The position numbers were made by a program, and so were the translations under genes. A stretch of DNA of 63,961 bases, counting the filler, from Octopus bimaculoides (Eukaryota): the NCBI RefSeq assembly GCF_001194135.2. It is 5 parts of 5 records of this genome, joined end to end, with 100 filler letters (N's around TTAATTAATTAA, not from the genome) between each part and the next. Parts side by side here need not be neighbours in the genome. Positions count along the whole stretch, not along the records: positions 1 to 24,225 come from NC_068985.1; 4 more parts are not named here. One strand, written 5' to 3'. Below, piece by piece: positions 1 to 13,184 of the stretch. The stretch's first letter is position 1; every line of letters begins with the position of its first letter. The notes under the pieces were generated by a model that saw only the letters and a list, made by a program, of their open reading frames with translations, was not told the DNA's origin and made no database searches.

Positions 1-87
1 CGGTAGTGACGTTGATGAAAAGGTAACCAATTTAGAAGGCGGAACGTTAACAGTAAAAAGAAAGACAGAAATATGTAAGGAAATGGT

Positions 88-430
88 GTTGGCACTCCGT
101 CGCTTACGACGACGAGGGAACAGCCTGCTCGTGAAATTAACGTGCAAGTGGCTGAGCACTCCACAGACACGTGTACCCTTAACGTAGTTCTCGGGGATAT
201 TCAGCGAGATAAGGCTGACCCTTTGAATTACAGGCAAAACAGAAACAAGAGATAAGAGTGAAAGTTGTGGTGAAAGAGTACAGCAGGGTCCGCCACCATC
301 CCTTGCCGGAGCCTCGTGGAGCTTTAGGTGTTTTCGCTCAATAAACACTCAGAACGCCCAGTCTGGGAATCGAAACCGCGATCCTATGACCGCGAGTCCG
401 CTGCCCTAGCCATTGGGTCATTGCGCCTCC
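88..430 (-). mobile_element. tRNA-derived SINE, family A (octopus-type), near full length
   Basis: Minus strand begins GGAGGCGCAATGACCCAATGGCTAGGGC, a tRNA-like head with A box and B box (GGTTTCGATTCCC). Body is shared with about 8 other copies in the window. The internal 3' hairpin is deleted in this copy. Confidence 0.9.
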
Positions 431-2080
431 GTAAAGAAATAAAACTAAAGCTTAAGAATAAGCTACTACTCATCGCCATAGTAAAAGACCGCCATGTTTG
501 TGACGCAGCAAATGATAAAACAACATAATCTAAACGTTAACCGAATTATTGTTAAGTTATAAGTAAAATTTCAAGCTGATTATGTCATAATTCTATTTTC
601 ATTAGCATGTCATATTTACAATAAACACATCATACAATATAGTATTAAAATCGCAGACAGGAATACATGTACAATCTGTAATGAACACATAATTCGACGC
701 TGTTATAAAGCAGATTGTTTATTTATATTATATTTATCAGCGGTCATACACATGTTCGAGGTATTATTCGTATCCTCCTTTTTACTCGATGTTTGCTCAG
801 CATTTTTGTTCTGTTGCTTAACTTTATCGCCTGTTTCTTATCTTTTGTTTTTTAAACCGCATTCGCTTTCATTACACACATACATACATACATACATACA
901 TGAACACATATATACATACATACACGTGCATACAAGCATGCATGTACACATGTGTAGAAAGAGAAGGAAAGAGAGTAAGGACAGAAAGAGAGTAAGGACA
1001 GAAAGAGAGAGAAAGAGTGAGGGACAGAGGGCGAGAGAGAAAGAGTGAGGGACAGAGGGCGAGAGGGAGACAGAGAGACAGAGATGTCGATTTGTTTTGA
1101 GAGGGTTCCCTGTACCCAATATTTCTTTTTGCCTTCGGTGAAAGATATTTAGGGTGAAGCCCAGTTATTCTATGTTTTTTGGATTATTCGAATTCGGGTT
1201 ACATTGAAGCTATCGTATTTATAGATACAAATATGCGTGCGTGTCAGAGTTTATGTGTGTATGTGTATGAATATATGTGCATGCATGTGTGTGTATGTTT
1301 ATATATATATATATATATATATATATNNNNNNNNNNNNNNNNNNNNNNNNNNNNNNNNNNNNNNNNNNNNNNNNNNNNNNNNNNNNNNNNNNNNNNNNNN
1401 NNNNNNNNNNNNNNNNNNNNNNNNNNNNNNNNNNNNNNNNNNNNNNNNNNNNNNNNNNNNNNNNNNNNNNNNNNNNNNNNNNNNNNNNNNNNNNNNNNNN
1501 NNNNNNNNNNNNNNNNNNNNNNNNNNNNNNNNNNNNNNNNNNNNNNNNNNNNNNNNNNNNNNNNNNNNNNNNNNNNNNNNNNNNNNNNNNNNNNNNNNNN
1601 NNNNNNNNNNNNNNNNNNNNNNNNNNNNNNNNNNNNNNNNNNNNNNNNNNNNNNNNNNNNNNNNNNNNNNNNNNNNNNNNNNNNNNNNNNNNNNNNNNNN
1701 NNNNNNNNNNNNNNNNNNNNNNNNNNNNNNNNNNNNNNNNNNNNNNNNNNNNNNNNNNNNNNNNNNNNNNNNNNNNNNNNNNNNNNNNNNNNNNNNNNNN
1801 NNNNNNNNNNNNNNNNNNNNNNNNNNNNNNNNNNNNNNNNNNNNNNNNNNNNNNNNNNNNNNNNNNNNNNNNNNNNNNNNNNNNNNNNNNNNNNNNNNNN
1901 NNNNNNNNNNNNNNNNNNNNNNNNNNNNNNNNNNNNNNNNNNNNNNNNNNNNNNNNNNNNNNNNNNNNNNNNNNNNNNNNNNNNNNNNNNNNNNNNNNNN
2001 NNNNNNNNNNNNNNNNNNNNNNNNNNNNNNNNNNNNNCCCACGGTCATTCATGACAGAAGGGAGTCTTTACTCATTACCT

Positions 2081-2145
<65 letters not shown>

Positions 2146-2794
2146 GTGTGTGCGTGTGCGTGTGTGTGTGTGCGTGTGTGTGTTTGTGTGTGTGTGTGCG
2201 TGCGCGTGTGCGTGTGTACAGTTTATAGTCTTACATCTATACACCGATAATATGCACTTGTACTTACAGGAGTATATGTAAGTATATTTACGTCAATGTG
2301 ACAAGTTTTATCAGTAATAAAACAAAATTTGCCACAAAACTTATACCATTTTGTGACAAGTAGTCACAGATGTAAACATCTATTCATTAAAGAAAGAATA
2401 ATTTGCTCCATCATACAGTGACTATTTTTAAGTTGATAACGAAATTAAAGTTGATAACGTAATTGAGACTGACGGTACCGAAAGTGAGTCTGAATATGAC
2501 TAATTTTAGATTGACTTTGACGAGGTTGGTAATGTCGAAATCGAGAATGACACACTGTTGTAATTATATCTAATATAAGTAAGAGGGCTGGGATTTTGTG
2601 GGGAGGGTTTTCATCAATGCTATTGGCCCTAATACTTAACAAAAACTTTTCTCATAGATACAACAAAACGATGAAAGGCAAAGTTGACCTTGACGGAATC
2701 TGGACTCAGAACATTGGAAATAGGAAGAAATACAGTCACGTTTTTTTTTTTTTCGCTGACGCTCAAACAATTTTTTTCCAGCTCTCCGCCCTCA

Positions 2795-3099
2795 TTGTTG
2801 TTGGGGGCACTCCGTCGCTTACGACGTCGAGGGTTCCAGTTGAACCGATCAACGGAACAGCCTGCTCATGAGATTAACGTGCAAGTGACTGAGCACTCCA
2901 CAGACACGTGTACCTTTAACGTAGTTCTCGGGGAGATTCAGCGTGACACAGTGTGACAAGGCTGACCCTTTGAATTACAGGCNNNNNNNNNNGGAGATTC
3001 AGCGTGACACAGTGTGACAAGGCTGACCCTTTGAATTACAGGCACAAGAGAAACAGAAAGTAAGAGTGAGAGAAAGTTGTGGTGGAAGAGTACAGCAGG
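2795..3099 (-). mobile_element. SINE family A, 5'-truncated copy
   Basis: Matches the body and tail of the 29455-29843 copy. The 10-N gap at 2983-2992 is flanked by duplicated overlapping sequence. Confidence 0.88.
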
Positions 3100-3214
3100 A
3101 TTTGCACGCTGAACATAAACAGCCGAAAAAAATTACTGCAAAATATTTCTTCTGATGCTCTAACGATTCTACCAGCACATCACCTTTATTGTTTTGTTTT
3201 TTTGGGTGGGGGTG

Positions 3215-3580
3215 GGGGTCTGATGTAGGCAAAATACGATCAGTTTTGATGGAAGGGATTTAGTCGATACCATCGGCCGTAGTACTTGACTGGTACATTA
3301 TTTTATCAAAACACGGAGAAATGAAAGTTTAAGTTGACACCAGCCAGATTCGAACTCAGAACTCAAAGAGCTGAAATAATTTGTGCTTTAGGCAGAAGGC
3401 CAGCATTTTCGAGGAGAGTAGATTAGTTGATACTGTCGATCTCAGTACTTGACTGGTACTTTATTTTACTTTTACTCCGATCCTGAAGGGATTAATGGTC
3501 ACTGCGACAGGGTTCGAACCCAGAAGATAAGGTGTCGGAGGACATACCCCAAATCATTATTACCGATGCTCTTAACAAAC
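3215..3580 (-). mobile_element. Two degraded tandem copies of SINE family C
   Basis: Both contain the family C motifs GTACTTGACTGGTAC...TTTTAT and TTCGAACTCAGAA seen in the better copies at 32268-32845. Confidence 0.65.
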
Positions 3581-4004
3581 TAATCAATACACCGTCCAGT
3601 TTGTTCTTTATTTTTAGCTTCTTCACATACATCATTTTTACTCACAGACAGGAAACGTTAAAGGCTTAAAGTGCTTACTATGACATGTGGGGATGAATGA
3701 GACAAAGCAATACAAATGTAGAGTGTGACTCAGGGATGTTATACAAAAGGACACTTAAAATATTTGCCTGAAACTAAGGACGTACATATATATATATATA
3801 TATATATAACTTTCAAGAAAATACCCAACTAAGACAAGATATTATTTTTAAAATTACCATATGAAAATTGGGGGGGGGGGGTTGCCCACGCATGAACGTA
3901 CGCACGTGCGGATGAGAACCTACTGCTTCGACTGAGTGAGAGCACCTACGTCTCTAGCTGTTTGCCTCTGGTTGTACTGAAAAAGGTGCACCCGAAAGTA
4001 CCCA

Positions 4005-4900
4005 TTAACATTTTTTTTGCGTGTGGGACGAAACAAAAAATATACCACGCCTCGAGTATTCCTGCTTCAGCATGTGATAAACTTCTGCTGACATTTTAAA
4101 CAAATGTCTATCTTTCCTATATTCTGGCCGTATTTCCTTTGTACCATGAAGTAAAATAGTCATCTCTTTTATCTCTCGGTCAAAGCGATACTGGTTCGTG
4201 CATCGAACGACTGACAATTATATGCAGTTTTTTGTCGGCTTGTTTCGTTTTGCATATCCTAGGATCAAAGTCCAGTAATAATCCCTTCCTCTCTAGCCTC
4301 CATCACCTCCCTATCTGCACAAGAAAATGGAGTGGGTGCTATTGGTTGGTTGGGAAGGGTAGTGCTCGCGCTCGTCGGTTTTTGGAATCAAGTACAAGAC
4401 AGGTTCTCCGCCCCGCGTAGAACTTGAATCAGTACTGCTTGTTGCTGTCATAGACAGCTCTCCTTCTCCATATCCGACTCTGTCACCGCTGGCCTGGGTT
4501 AGAGTAAACGGTCTATTAGCCTTTCGGTTATCTTCTGGCCCAGAGAGAAGGATGACCCACAGTAAATTCTCTATACTTCTCTGTCCTCCTGTGTTTATTG
4601 TTTCGGTGGGCTGAGAACCTTCAAGTGGCTTTTGCTATTATGTGTTGCAACTCTGTTTCCTGTCCTGCACTACCCGTCTCATCGTCTCTCTTTCTGCACC
4701 AACGACTGGAAATAGTTCTGATATGAGCTTGTATTGTTCTGGATTCATAAAGACTTGTATGATCCTTGGGACCCTGCCCAGCATCAAATCATTCTTCATC
4801 AGCTCAGCTTTCCCTATCGGCCCTGATATGTCAAGAAAGTGAATACAAACCAAAACCTAACGTCGTTATTAACAGCCTTAGCCTTGCTCCTTATATTTCT
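4005..4900 (-). pseudogene. Decayed protein-like sequence, possibly a LINE ORF1 remnant
   Basis: Frame 4853-4638 (GRVPRIIQVFMNPEQYKLISELFPVVGAERETMRRVVQDRKQSC) continues in frame for about 95 codons after a TAA-TAG pair. It loosely resembles the ORF1 remnant at 57130-57720. Confidence 0.3.
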
Positions 4901-5353
4901 GTGCACCAGGAATTGTGGTACAACTATATGGGCAATTGTTTATCTCACCTGATAGGCTTCTTTGCTTACTTCGTCGTCAACCCCGGAAAGTACACAAATA
5001 GATCCGAACACTAACTTGGGTCAACTGAAGTAACATTCTCCCAATGTCGGCCAGTGCAACTTACGACAGCAGTTTCGTTGCTTCAAAGAATGTATTGTGC
5101 CCTTCCGTGAAAAGTTATAGCGTATTCTTTGGATACATAACTTTGCTATTCTGATTTCATTTGTTCGAAATCCCTCATATAAAATGTTTGTGTGTTACAA
5201 GTATCTCTGCTAGTAGGTAATAAATTCACCATTCTTTAAATTCCATTACATCAATATCTTTTCTAAGTTTAACAGTTGACAAAGAAATAGTTTGTTTGTT
5301 TTGTTTTTTTAATATTCATTTATGTGGTTGCTAGAAGTGTGTAGGTATTAGCT

Positions 5354-5425
5354 GGTCTCATGGTGTAATGGTTAGCACTCTGGACTTTGAATCCAGTGAT
5401 CCGAGTTCAAGTCTCGGTGAGACCT
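5354..5425 (+). tRNA. trnQ-TTG: tRNA-Gln, anticodon TTG
   Basis: 72 nt. Perfect 7-bp acceptor stem GGTCTCA/TGAGACC, anticodon arm CTGGA-CT-TTG-AA-TCCAG, T arm CCGAG-TTCAAGT-CTCGG, canonical A and B boxes. Closely matches the standard metazoan tRNA-Gln sequence. Confidence 0.97.
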
Positions 5426-5434
5426 ACAGCTTAC

Positions 5435-5455
5435 TTTTTTTTTTTTTTTTTTTTT
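5435..5455 (+). terminator. RNA polymerase III terminator (T-run)
   Basis: Run of 21 T starting about 10 nt downstream of the tRNA-Gln discriminator base. Confidence 0.85.
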
Positions 5456-5789
5456 CAAGGTGGTGCTCCAGTATGGTTAAGTTGAATGACTGAAACAAGT
5501 AAAAGATTTTACAGTATTTTAATGCATTCTACGTTGGCGCAACGTATTATTTTGTTCTTGTTGTTGCTGTAGACATCATTATTTGCAAATCTCTGGAGGG
5601 AAAACCAAAATGTTGAAAAGTAGCCTGTTTTCCTCATTTATTTTGGTCAAATTGAACTCCAAACTTGTTCAGTATTTTCTGTGTTATGTCGAACCATATG
5701 AAAGGAAACTTTGTATCCACTTTGGTAATGATAAATATCTAAATTTACAAAGATATTGTGAGCTACTAAGAAAAGTGTTTAAATAGGTC

Positions 5790-6005
5790 GAGAGTGAATA
5801 ATACTCCTTTCAATTATATGCACAAGGCCTGGAATTTATAGGGAAAAAGGAATATTCGATTACATTGACCCCAGCACGTGAATAGTATTTAATTTATCGA
5901 TCCCGAGGGGATGAAAGGCAAAGTCGACCTCAGAACGTAAGGACGGACGAAATACTGCAAAGCATTTCATCCGGCTTGGTAACGATTCTGCCAGCTCACC
6001 ACCTT
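5790..6005 (-). mobile_element. SINE family C copy
   Basis: Contains CACAAGGCCTGGAATTT...GATGAAAGGCAAAGTCGACCTC...AACGATTCTGCCAGCTCACC. Shares body and tRNA-like head with other copies. Confidence 0.85.
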
Positions 6006-6006
6006 A

Positions 6007-6007
<1 letters not shown>

Positions 6008-6094
<87 letters not shown>

Positions 6095-6178
6095 TCTACT
6101 ATAAGCACAAGGCAAGAAGAAGAAGAAGAAGAAGAAGAAGAAGAAGAAGAAGAAGAAGAAGAAGAAGAAGAAGAAGAA
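6008..6178. repeat. (AAT)n microsatellite, SINE C tail fragment, then (AAG)n microsatellite
   Basis: Perfect AAT run at about 6008-6091 and AAG run at about 6116-6178. Confidence 0.95.
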
Positions 6179-6654
6179 GGGTCATTTGAATAGGAAATGA
6201 GTAAGTAAGGTTGTGAGTAAGAGCAAGTCTAGTGTGAAGAAGTGTGTCGGACATTATTAATAGGTGTCTGCTGTTGCGAAATAATGTTATTGTCGTAAGA
6301 AGTCAAACCGTAATTTTGTAGGTGGTGATTGTCTGCTTGAAATGCCCATAATTAATAGCCACCCACACTGACCACTTGAAGACCAGCAGTTTAAAGATGA
6401 CTTCAATATATTATCAATAAATTAACGAAGGATAAACTTTTACTTGCGGTTCTGTATCATTGAGAAATCGCTGCGGTTTGCTTGCATGTGTGTGTGAGCA
6501 TGTGTGTGAGCATGTGTATGTTTGTGTGTATATGGATGTGCGTGTATGTATGTACGTTCATCTCTCTATATATATACATGTATCTATATGTGTGTGTATA
6601 TGTGTCTGTTTGTATATCTGTATCTGTCTCCGTCCATATATATATGTATGTATG

Positions 6655-6696
<42 letters not shown>

Positions 6697-7599
6697 NNNN
6701 NNNNNNNNNNNNNNNNNNNNNNNNNNNNNNNNNNNNNNNNNNNNNNNNNNNNNNNNNNNNNNNNNNNNNNNNNNNNNNNNNNNNNNNNNNNNNNNNNNNN
6801 NNNNNNNNNNNNNNNNNNNNNNNNNNNNNNNNNNNNNNNNNNNNNNNNNNNNNNNNNNNNNNNNNNNNNNNNNNNNNNNNNNNNNNNNNNNNNNNNNNNN
6901 NNNNNNNNNNNNNNNNNNNNNNNNNNNNNNNNNNNNNNNNNNNNNNNNNNNNNNNNNNNNNNNNNNNNNNNNNNNNNNNNNNNNNNNNNNNNNNNNNNNN
7001 NNNNNNNNNNNNNNNNNNNNNNNNNNNNNNNNNNNNNNNNNNNNNNNNNNNNNNNNNNNNNNNNNNNNNNNNNNNNNNNNNNNNNNNNNNNNNNNNNNNN
7101 NNNNNNNNNNNNNNNNNNNNNNNNNNNNNNNNNNNNNNNNNNNNNNNNNNNNNNNNNNNNNNNNNNNNNNNNNNNNNNNNNNNNNNNNNNNNNNNNNNNN
7201 NNNNNNNNNNNNNNNNNNNNNNNNNNNNNNNNNNNNNNNNNNNNNNNNNNNNNNNNNNNNNNNNNNNNNNNNNNNNNNNNNNNNNNNNNNNNNNNNNNNN
7301 NNNNNNNNNNNNNNNNNNNNNNNNNNNNNNNNNNNNNNNNNNNNNNNNNNNNNNNNNNNNNNNNNNNNNNNNNNNNNNNNNNNNNNNNNNNNNNNNNNNN
7401 NNNNNNNNNNNNNNNNNNNNNNNNNNNNNNNNNNNNNNNNNNNNNNNNNNNNNNNNNNNNNNNNNNNNNNNNNNNNNNNNNNNNNNNNNNNNNNNNNNNN
7501 NNNNNNNNNNNNNNNNNNNNNNNNNNNNNNNNNNNNNNNNNNNNNNNNNNNNNNNNNNNNNNNNNNNNNNNNNNNNNNNNNNNNNNNNNNNNNNNNNNN

Positions 7600-7631
<32 letters not shown>

Positions 7632-7973
7632 ATATATATATATATATATGTATGTATCCACACACATTCTCTCATACACACACATACACTCTTTTACTTA
7701 CAAAGTCGTCCCCGGCGGGATTTGAAATCAGAACGTTAAAGACGAACGAAATGTCGCTAAGGATTTTCCCGGCGCCCAAACAACAGCCCTTTTATATTCT
7801 CTCTCCCTCATTGTTGCTTCTTAATACATATTACTTATTGTACTCTGTTACATACGACATACCTTAATGTTCTGCTTCTGTTACTTCAAAGACAAAACTC
7901 ATGCGTTACCCTTTCAAACAGAACTATTTGATCTACTTCACCTATGTTCTGTCGGCTATACCTGTTATTCAAA

Positions 7974-8135
7974 GGACCAGCCTTGTCACATTCTGTATCA
8001 CGCTGAATCTTCTTGAGAACTACATTAAGGGTACATGTGTCTGTGAAGTGCTCAGCCACTTGCACGCTAATTTCACGCGCAGGCTGTTCCGTTGATCGGA
8101 TCAGCTAGAACCCTCGTCGTCGTAACCGACGGAGT
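7974..8135 (+). mobile_element. SINE family A 3' fragment (opposite orientation)
   Basis: Reverse complement of the family A body (GGACCAGCCTTGTCAC...GTTCCGTTGATCGGATC...CGACGGAGT). Confidence 0.85.
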
Positions 8136-8189
8136 TTCAGTTATGGTCGGCCCGAGGCTATATAGAAGACACTTGCCCAAAGTGCCACG

Positions 8190-8242
<53 letters not shown>

Positions 8243-8523
8243 GAGAGAGAGAGAGAGAGAGAGATTTATGTATGTGTCAATATGTGTGTATTAATATACG
8301 TATGTATGAAAGTGAGATTATCTTCTCCCGACAGCGCTTAATTTATTTGCGTCTTTTTAACTTACCATCATGTTTTTCTTTTTCCTATCACTTCCTCTCT
8401 CATACCTACTGATCTTCATCACTCTCACCTTGCACACTTATGTCTTTCACCCTCCTCATCATCTCTGCACCTACTTTTCTTTGTTCTGCCTCCATTCCTC
8501 CTGTTACACTTTCGCGGGACAGA

Positions 8524-8820
8524 TTGTTGCTGGCACTCCGTCGTTTACGACGGCGAGGATTCCAGTTGATCCGATCAACGGAAAAGCCTGCTCGTGAAAT
8601 TAATATGCAAGTGGCTGAGCACTCCACACACACACACACACGTGTACCCTTAACGTAGTTCTCGGGGATATTCAGCGTGACACAGTGTGACAAGGCTGGC
8701 TCTTTGAATTACAGGCACAACAGAAACAGGAAATAAGAGTGAGTGAAAGTTGTGGTGAAAGAGTACAGCAGGGTTCGCCACCATCCCCTCCTCGTGGAGC
8801 TTTTAGGTGTTTTCGCTCAA
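8524..8820 (-). mobile_element. SINE family A copy running into an assembly gap
   Basis: Family A body with a (CA)n expansion at about 8625-8640. Confidence 0.88.
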
Positions 8821-9631
8821 NNNNNNNNNNNNNNNNNNNNNNNNNNNNNNNNNNNNNNNNNNNNNNNNNNNNNNNNNNNNNNNNNNNNNNNNNNNNNNNN
8901 NNNNNNNNNNNNNNNNNNNNNNNNNNNNNNNNNNNNNNNNNNNNNNNNNNNNNNNNNNNNNNNNNNNNNNNNNNNNNNNNNNNNNNNNNNNNNNNNNNNN
9001 NNNNNNNNNNNNNNNNNNNNNNNNNNNNNNNNNNNNNNNNNNNNNNNNNNNNNNNNNNNNNNNNNNNNNNNNNNNNNNNNNNNNNNNNNNNNNNNNNNNN
9101 NNNNNNNNNNNNNNNNNNNNNNNNNNNNNNNNNNNNNNNNNNNNNNNNNNNNNNNNNNNNNNNNNNNNNNNNNNNNNNNNNNNNNNNNNNNNNNNNNNNN
9201 NNNNNNNNNNNNNNNNNNNNNNNNNNNNNNNNNNNNNNNNNNNNNNNNNNNNNNNNNNNNNNNNNNNNNNNNNNNNNNNNNNNNNNNNNNNNNNNNNNNN
9301 NNNNNNNNNNNNNNNNNNNNNNNNNNNNNNNNNNNNNNNNNNNNNNNNNNNNNNNNNNNNNNNNNNNNNNNNNNNNNNNNNNNNNNNNNNNNNNNNNNNN
9401 NNNNNNNNNNNNNNNNNNNNNNNNNNNNNNNNNNNNNNNNNNNNNNNNNNNNNNNNNNNNNNNNNNNNNNNNNNNNNNNNNNNNNNNNNNNNNNNNNNNN
9501 NNNNNNNNNNNNNNNNNNNNNNNNNNNNNNNNNNNNNNNNNNNNNNNNNNNNNNNNNNNNNNNNNNNNNNNNNNNNNNNNNNNNNNNNNNNNNNNNNNNN
9601 NNNNNNNATATATACACATATATATTCTTTT

Positions 9632-9905
9632 ATCCTTTTATTTGTCAGTCATTTGACTGCAGCCATGCTGGAGCACCGCCTTTTAGTCGAAGAAATCGAC
9701 CCTAGGACTTATTCATTGTAAGCCTAGCACTTATTCTATCGGTTTTTTTTTTTTGCCAAACCGCTAAGTTTTCAATTTCCGTCTACCAAATCCACTCAAC
9801 AAGGCTTTGGTAGGTTGGCCCGAGGCTATAGTAGAAGACACTTGCACAAGGTGCCATGCAGTGGGACTGAACCTAGAACCATGTGGTTCTTACCACACAG
9901 CCACG
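9632..9905 (-). mobile_element. tRNA-derived SINE, family B
   Basis: Contains GGAGCACCGCCTTTTAGTCGA...TCTACCAAATCCACTC...AGAAGACACTTGC...GGGACTGAACC, shared with 13185-13570 and 22390-22710. Confidence 0.85.
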
Positions 9906-9950
9906 CATGCGCACATACATATAACGAGAGAAAGAGGAGCATGAAAATCG

Positions 9951-10020
9951 AGATGATCACCGTTGATCAAGGTCGATCACCGATGATCACCATTGATCAC
10001 CGATGATCAAGGTCGAGCAA
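9951..10020. repeat. 10-bp-period GATC array (7 units)
   Basis: agatgatcac cgttgatcaa ggtcgatcac cgatgatcac cattgatcac cgatgatcaa ggtcgagcaa. Confidence 0.85.
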
Positions 10021-10691
10021 ACTGCATAGAACATGGTTTTCTAACCGACAAGAGTGTTGTAGGGCAAGTTCTCCTCTGCCGATTATACTTTCACTGCTGA
10101 AGTAAAACAAGGGTGTTGCATACCTTAAGAATAGGGAACACAGTGACGAAGTTATAGAAACGTTTGAAACCACTGGTACGAGACCTCCTTCGTGAACCTT
10201 TGTAATTTCTGATGATCTCCCGATGCGGAACCCACGTATTTATTAACGTGAACTGAACTGCCTCACAAAGACTACGGCTAATCAATATTTTTGTCATGAT
10301 GTAAGACCTATACTGAAATACTGTTTACTTATATGGGACAGTGCTCCAACGACTACAACTATTATCTTTATTATAGGCATATAGCCTGAACAAAGAAGGG
10401 ACACAAGGACAGACAACACAAAACGTGGGGTACATATAACGAGTGATGCAAAATGAAGTATTTATAATGAAAAAATGAAATGGCTTACGAGTCCCCCGAA
10501 ACTCGCAGTTTCATTTTACAGTTCTGTTTATACTGTTTTTTAGTTACCATCTTCATCTGTTAAGAGTTCGGTTACGTCGTCTAACCTAATTACAGATTTT
10601 CGTATCGAACAAATATTTGACTGTTTGTAATTTTATCAGGGAGCAACAACTACTGCCATTATAGACATACATACATACACAAATTCCAACA

Positions 10692-10816
<125 letters not shown>

Positions 10817-10932
10817 GCAGAAGCACATATAAAACTGACTCCAGACGAAAGTTATTTGTCTGGCAAAGATTCAATCACCAACACGCTTCAATTACTTGGT
10901 TCAAAGACTCTCTCCATTTCTATCTATCTATC

Positions 10933-10982
<50 letters not shown>

Positions 10983-11015
10983 GTCTGTTTGTCTGTATAT
11001 CTATTTACATGAATG

Positions 11016-11054
<39 letters not shown>

Positions 11055-11123
11055 GTATATATATATGAGTGTGCGTGTGTGTGTGTGCGCGCGTACATGT
11101 ATGTATATATGTATGTATATATA

Positions 11124-11159
<36 letters not shown>

Positions 11160-11793
11160 TGTATCTGCCTATCTATCTATTCGTCTGTCTGCCTGTATGT
11201 ATGTATGCCTCTGCTTCTACAGTCCCTACAACACTCCCCTGAACTATCTTGATGTATACCACCTGGCCCTCTCCTCGCATCCGTCTTCCCCTTCTCTGTN
11301 NNNNNNNNNTCTCACATCCTCGATATATCTCATGCTAAACGCATCATCAAGTCCTTTCTCCTCCGAAATTCCCTCATTACCCACGTGTGCTTTACTGAAT
11401 CCCTCACTTCAAAGGTTCAAACTGAATCCCAAATGCATCGATATGACCAGTGAATGCGGACCTACAAAGGTTACGACCATTTCGGTTTTCGTTCCGTCTT
11501 TCGTAATTAAAAGGAATTTTATTTACATTGCTTATCGGGTTATGAATGTCTCCCAGTCACCTTGCACGCACTTTAATCTAGAACTTTGTACAAGTGTAAG
11601 AAATCGATATCTGATGAAGTATCGTTGCTTTTAATTTATGCTGTGAAACGTATGAAGGTCAGAAAATCCTATTTGTCACTCACAAGACACATTCGGTATT
11701 GCACCTGCTCAAGAAAGAATTCTATTACATTATTAGAAAATGCGATAATTGAAGAGAGAATTTTTTTTATATTGCCAAACATTTGTGATCATG

Positions 11794-11865
<72 letters not shown>

Positions 11866-12063
11866 CGCGTGTGTGTGTGAGAGACTGAACGGTTACTTCA
11901 AAATACATGGTAGGCTATATAAGCTTGTTTGGCCATTGTATTATCTTATCCGAAACATGAAACATATAGTGGCGCGCATTTAAACCCAGTGTATGTTAAA
12001 TGATATTTATTTCTCAATAGATGGCGCAGTTCTTTTGTTAATCCTACCAATAACAGAAGAGCA

Positions 12064-12095
<32 letters not shown>

Positions 12096-12168
12096 GTCTG
12101 CCTTTCTATTTATTCATTTATCTATCTATACATAAATACATACATACACACATACATACATACATACA

Positions 12169-12204
<36 letters not shown>

Positions 12205-12711
12205 TGAAATATGAAATAAAAACTTAATCCATTTTTACATCCAATCTGATTCATAATTTTATTTGATGAAATTTATTAAACTCCGGTTTAATAAAATAAG
12301 CCTGATATTGATTATTCCTTTATATACTTTCATACATATGGGTTTTTTTTTTTTCGTAAATAAAGTATGACGAAATATCATTAGAAATCTACGGCAATAA
12401 TTGTGTGGAGTGTACGTATATAAATGTCTGTGCATGTATGTGTGTATGTGTGTGTGTGTGTGAACACAGTAATTTTTAGTATCCTTTCGCTCGGTTCAGT
12501 AGGTGAACTGTAGGTGTGGTCAATGAGCAGCTTTTCACGATGATACCAAGTGCTATGGCGCTGTGTTTAGTGTTGTTTGTAGTGTTTTTATGATTTGTTA
12601 TGGGAGAGATTATGACAGGAAAAGCTATTATCCATGTCTACGTAGCAGACAACTTCACTTCACGACATCTGACTTTCTGTGTATTTAACAAGTGTTTTCT
12701 TTCATTGGCTC

Positions 12712-12900
<189 letters not shown>

Positions 12901-13184
12901 CGAGGTAAGGAAGTACAAATGTTTTTGATTCTAATTACGGTTTCTATGCTCAATGTATTGACGAGAATTTTATGAAGTTCATGATCATTTTTCCCACATT
13001 TCTCCAAAATGTTTATACTTATTGTATTCGTTTCTATCACAGCGGAGTCTTTTAATAAAATATAAAAGAATAAAAGAACCTGATAAACCGTTGAAGTTAA
13101 TATTCAATACAAGGCTTATATTTGTTGCAGCAGTCAAAGGAAAAAATGGAAAACAGGAAGCATTTCACCTTTACTCTTTTACTC

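Noticed and set aside
350-430. tRNA-like sequences at SINE heads (also 29770-29843, 44987-45040, 16955-17020, 22150-22210)
   Set aside because: They have A/B boxes but no complete cloverleaf and run directly into multicopy SINE bodies.
2932-3042. Apparent 50-bp tandem duplication inside a SINE
   Set aside because: The two copies flank a 10-N gap, typical of unmerged overlapping contig ends.
10478-10530. Imperfect hairpin AAAATGAAA..CGAGT-CCCCCGAA-ACTCG..TTTCATTTT with a hammerhead-like look
   Set aside because: The core would be CTTACGA (invariant G lost) and stem I is out of register. Treated as a simple inverted repeat.
11608-11655. CTGATGAAG...GAAACGTA as a hammerhead
   Set aside because: Extra bases between stem II and GAAA, and no stem I complementarity.
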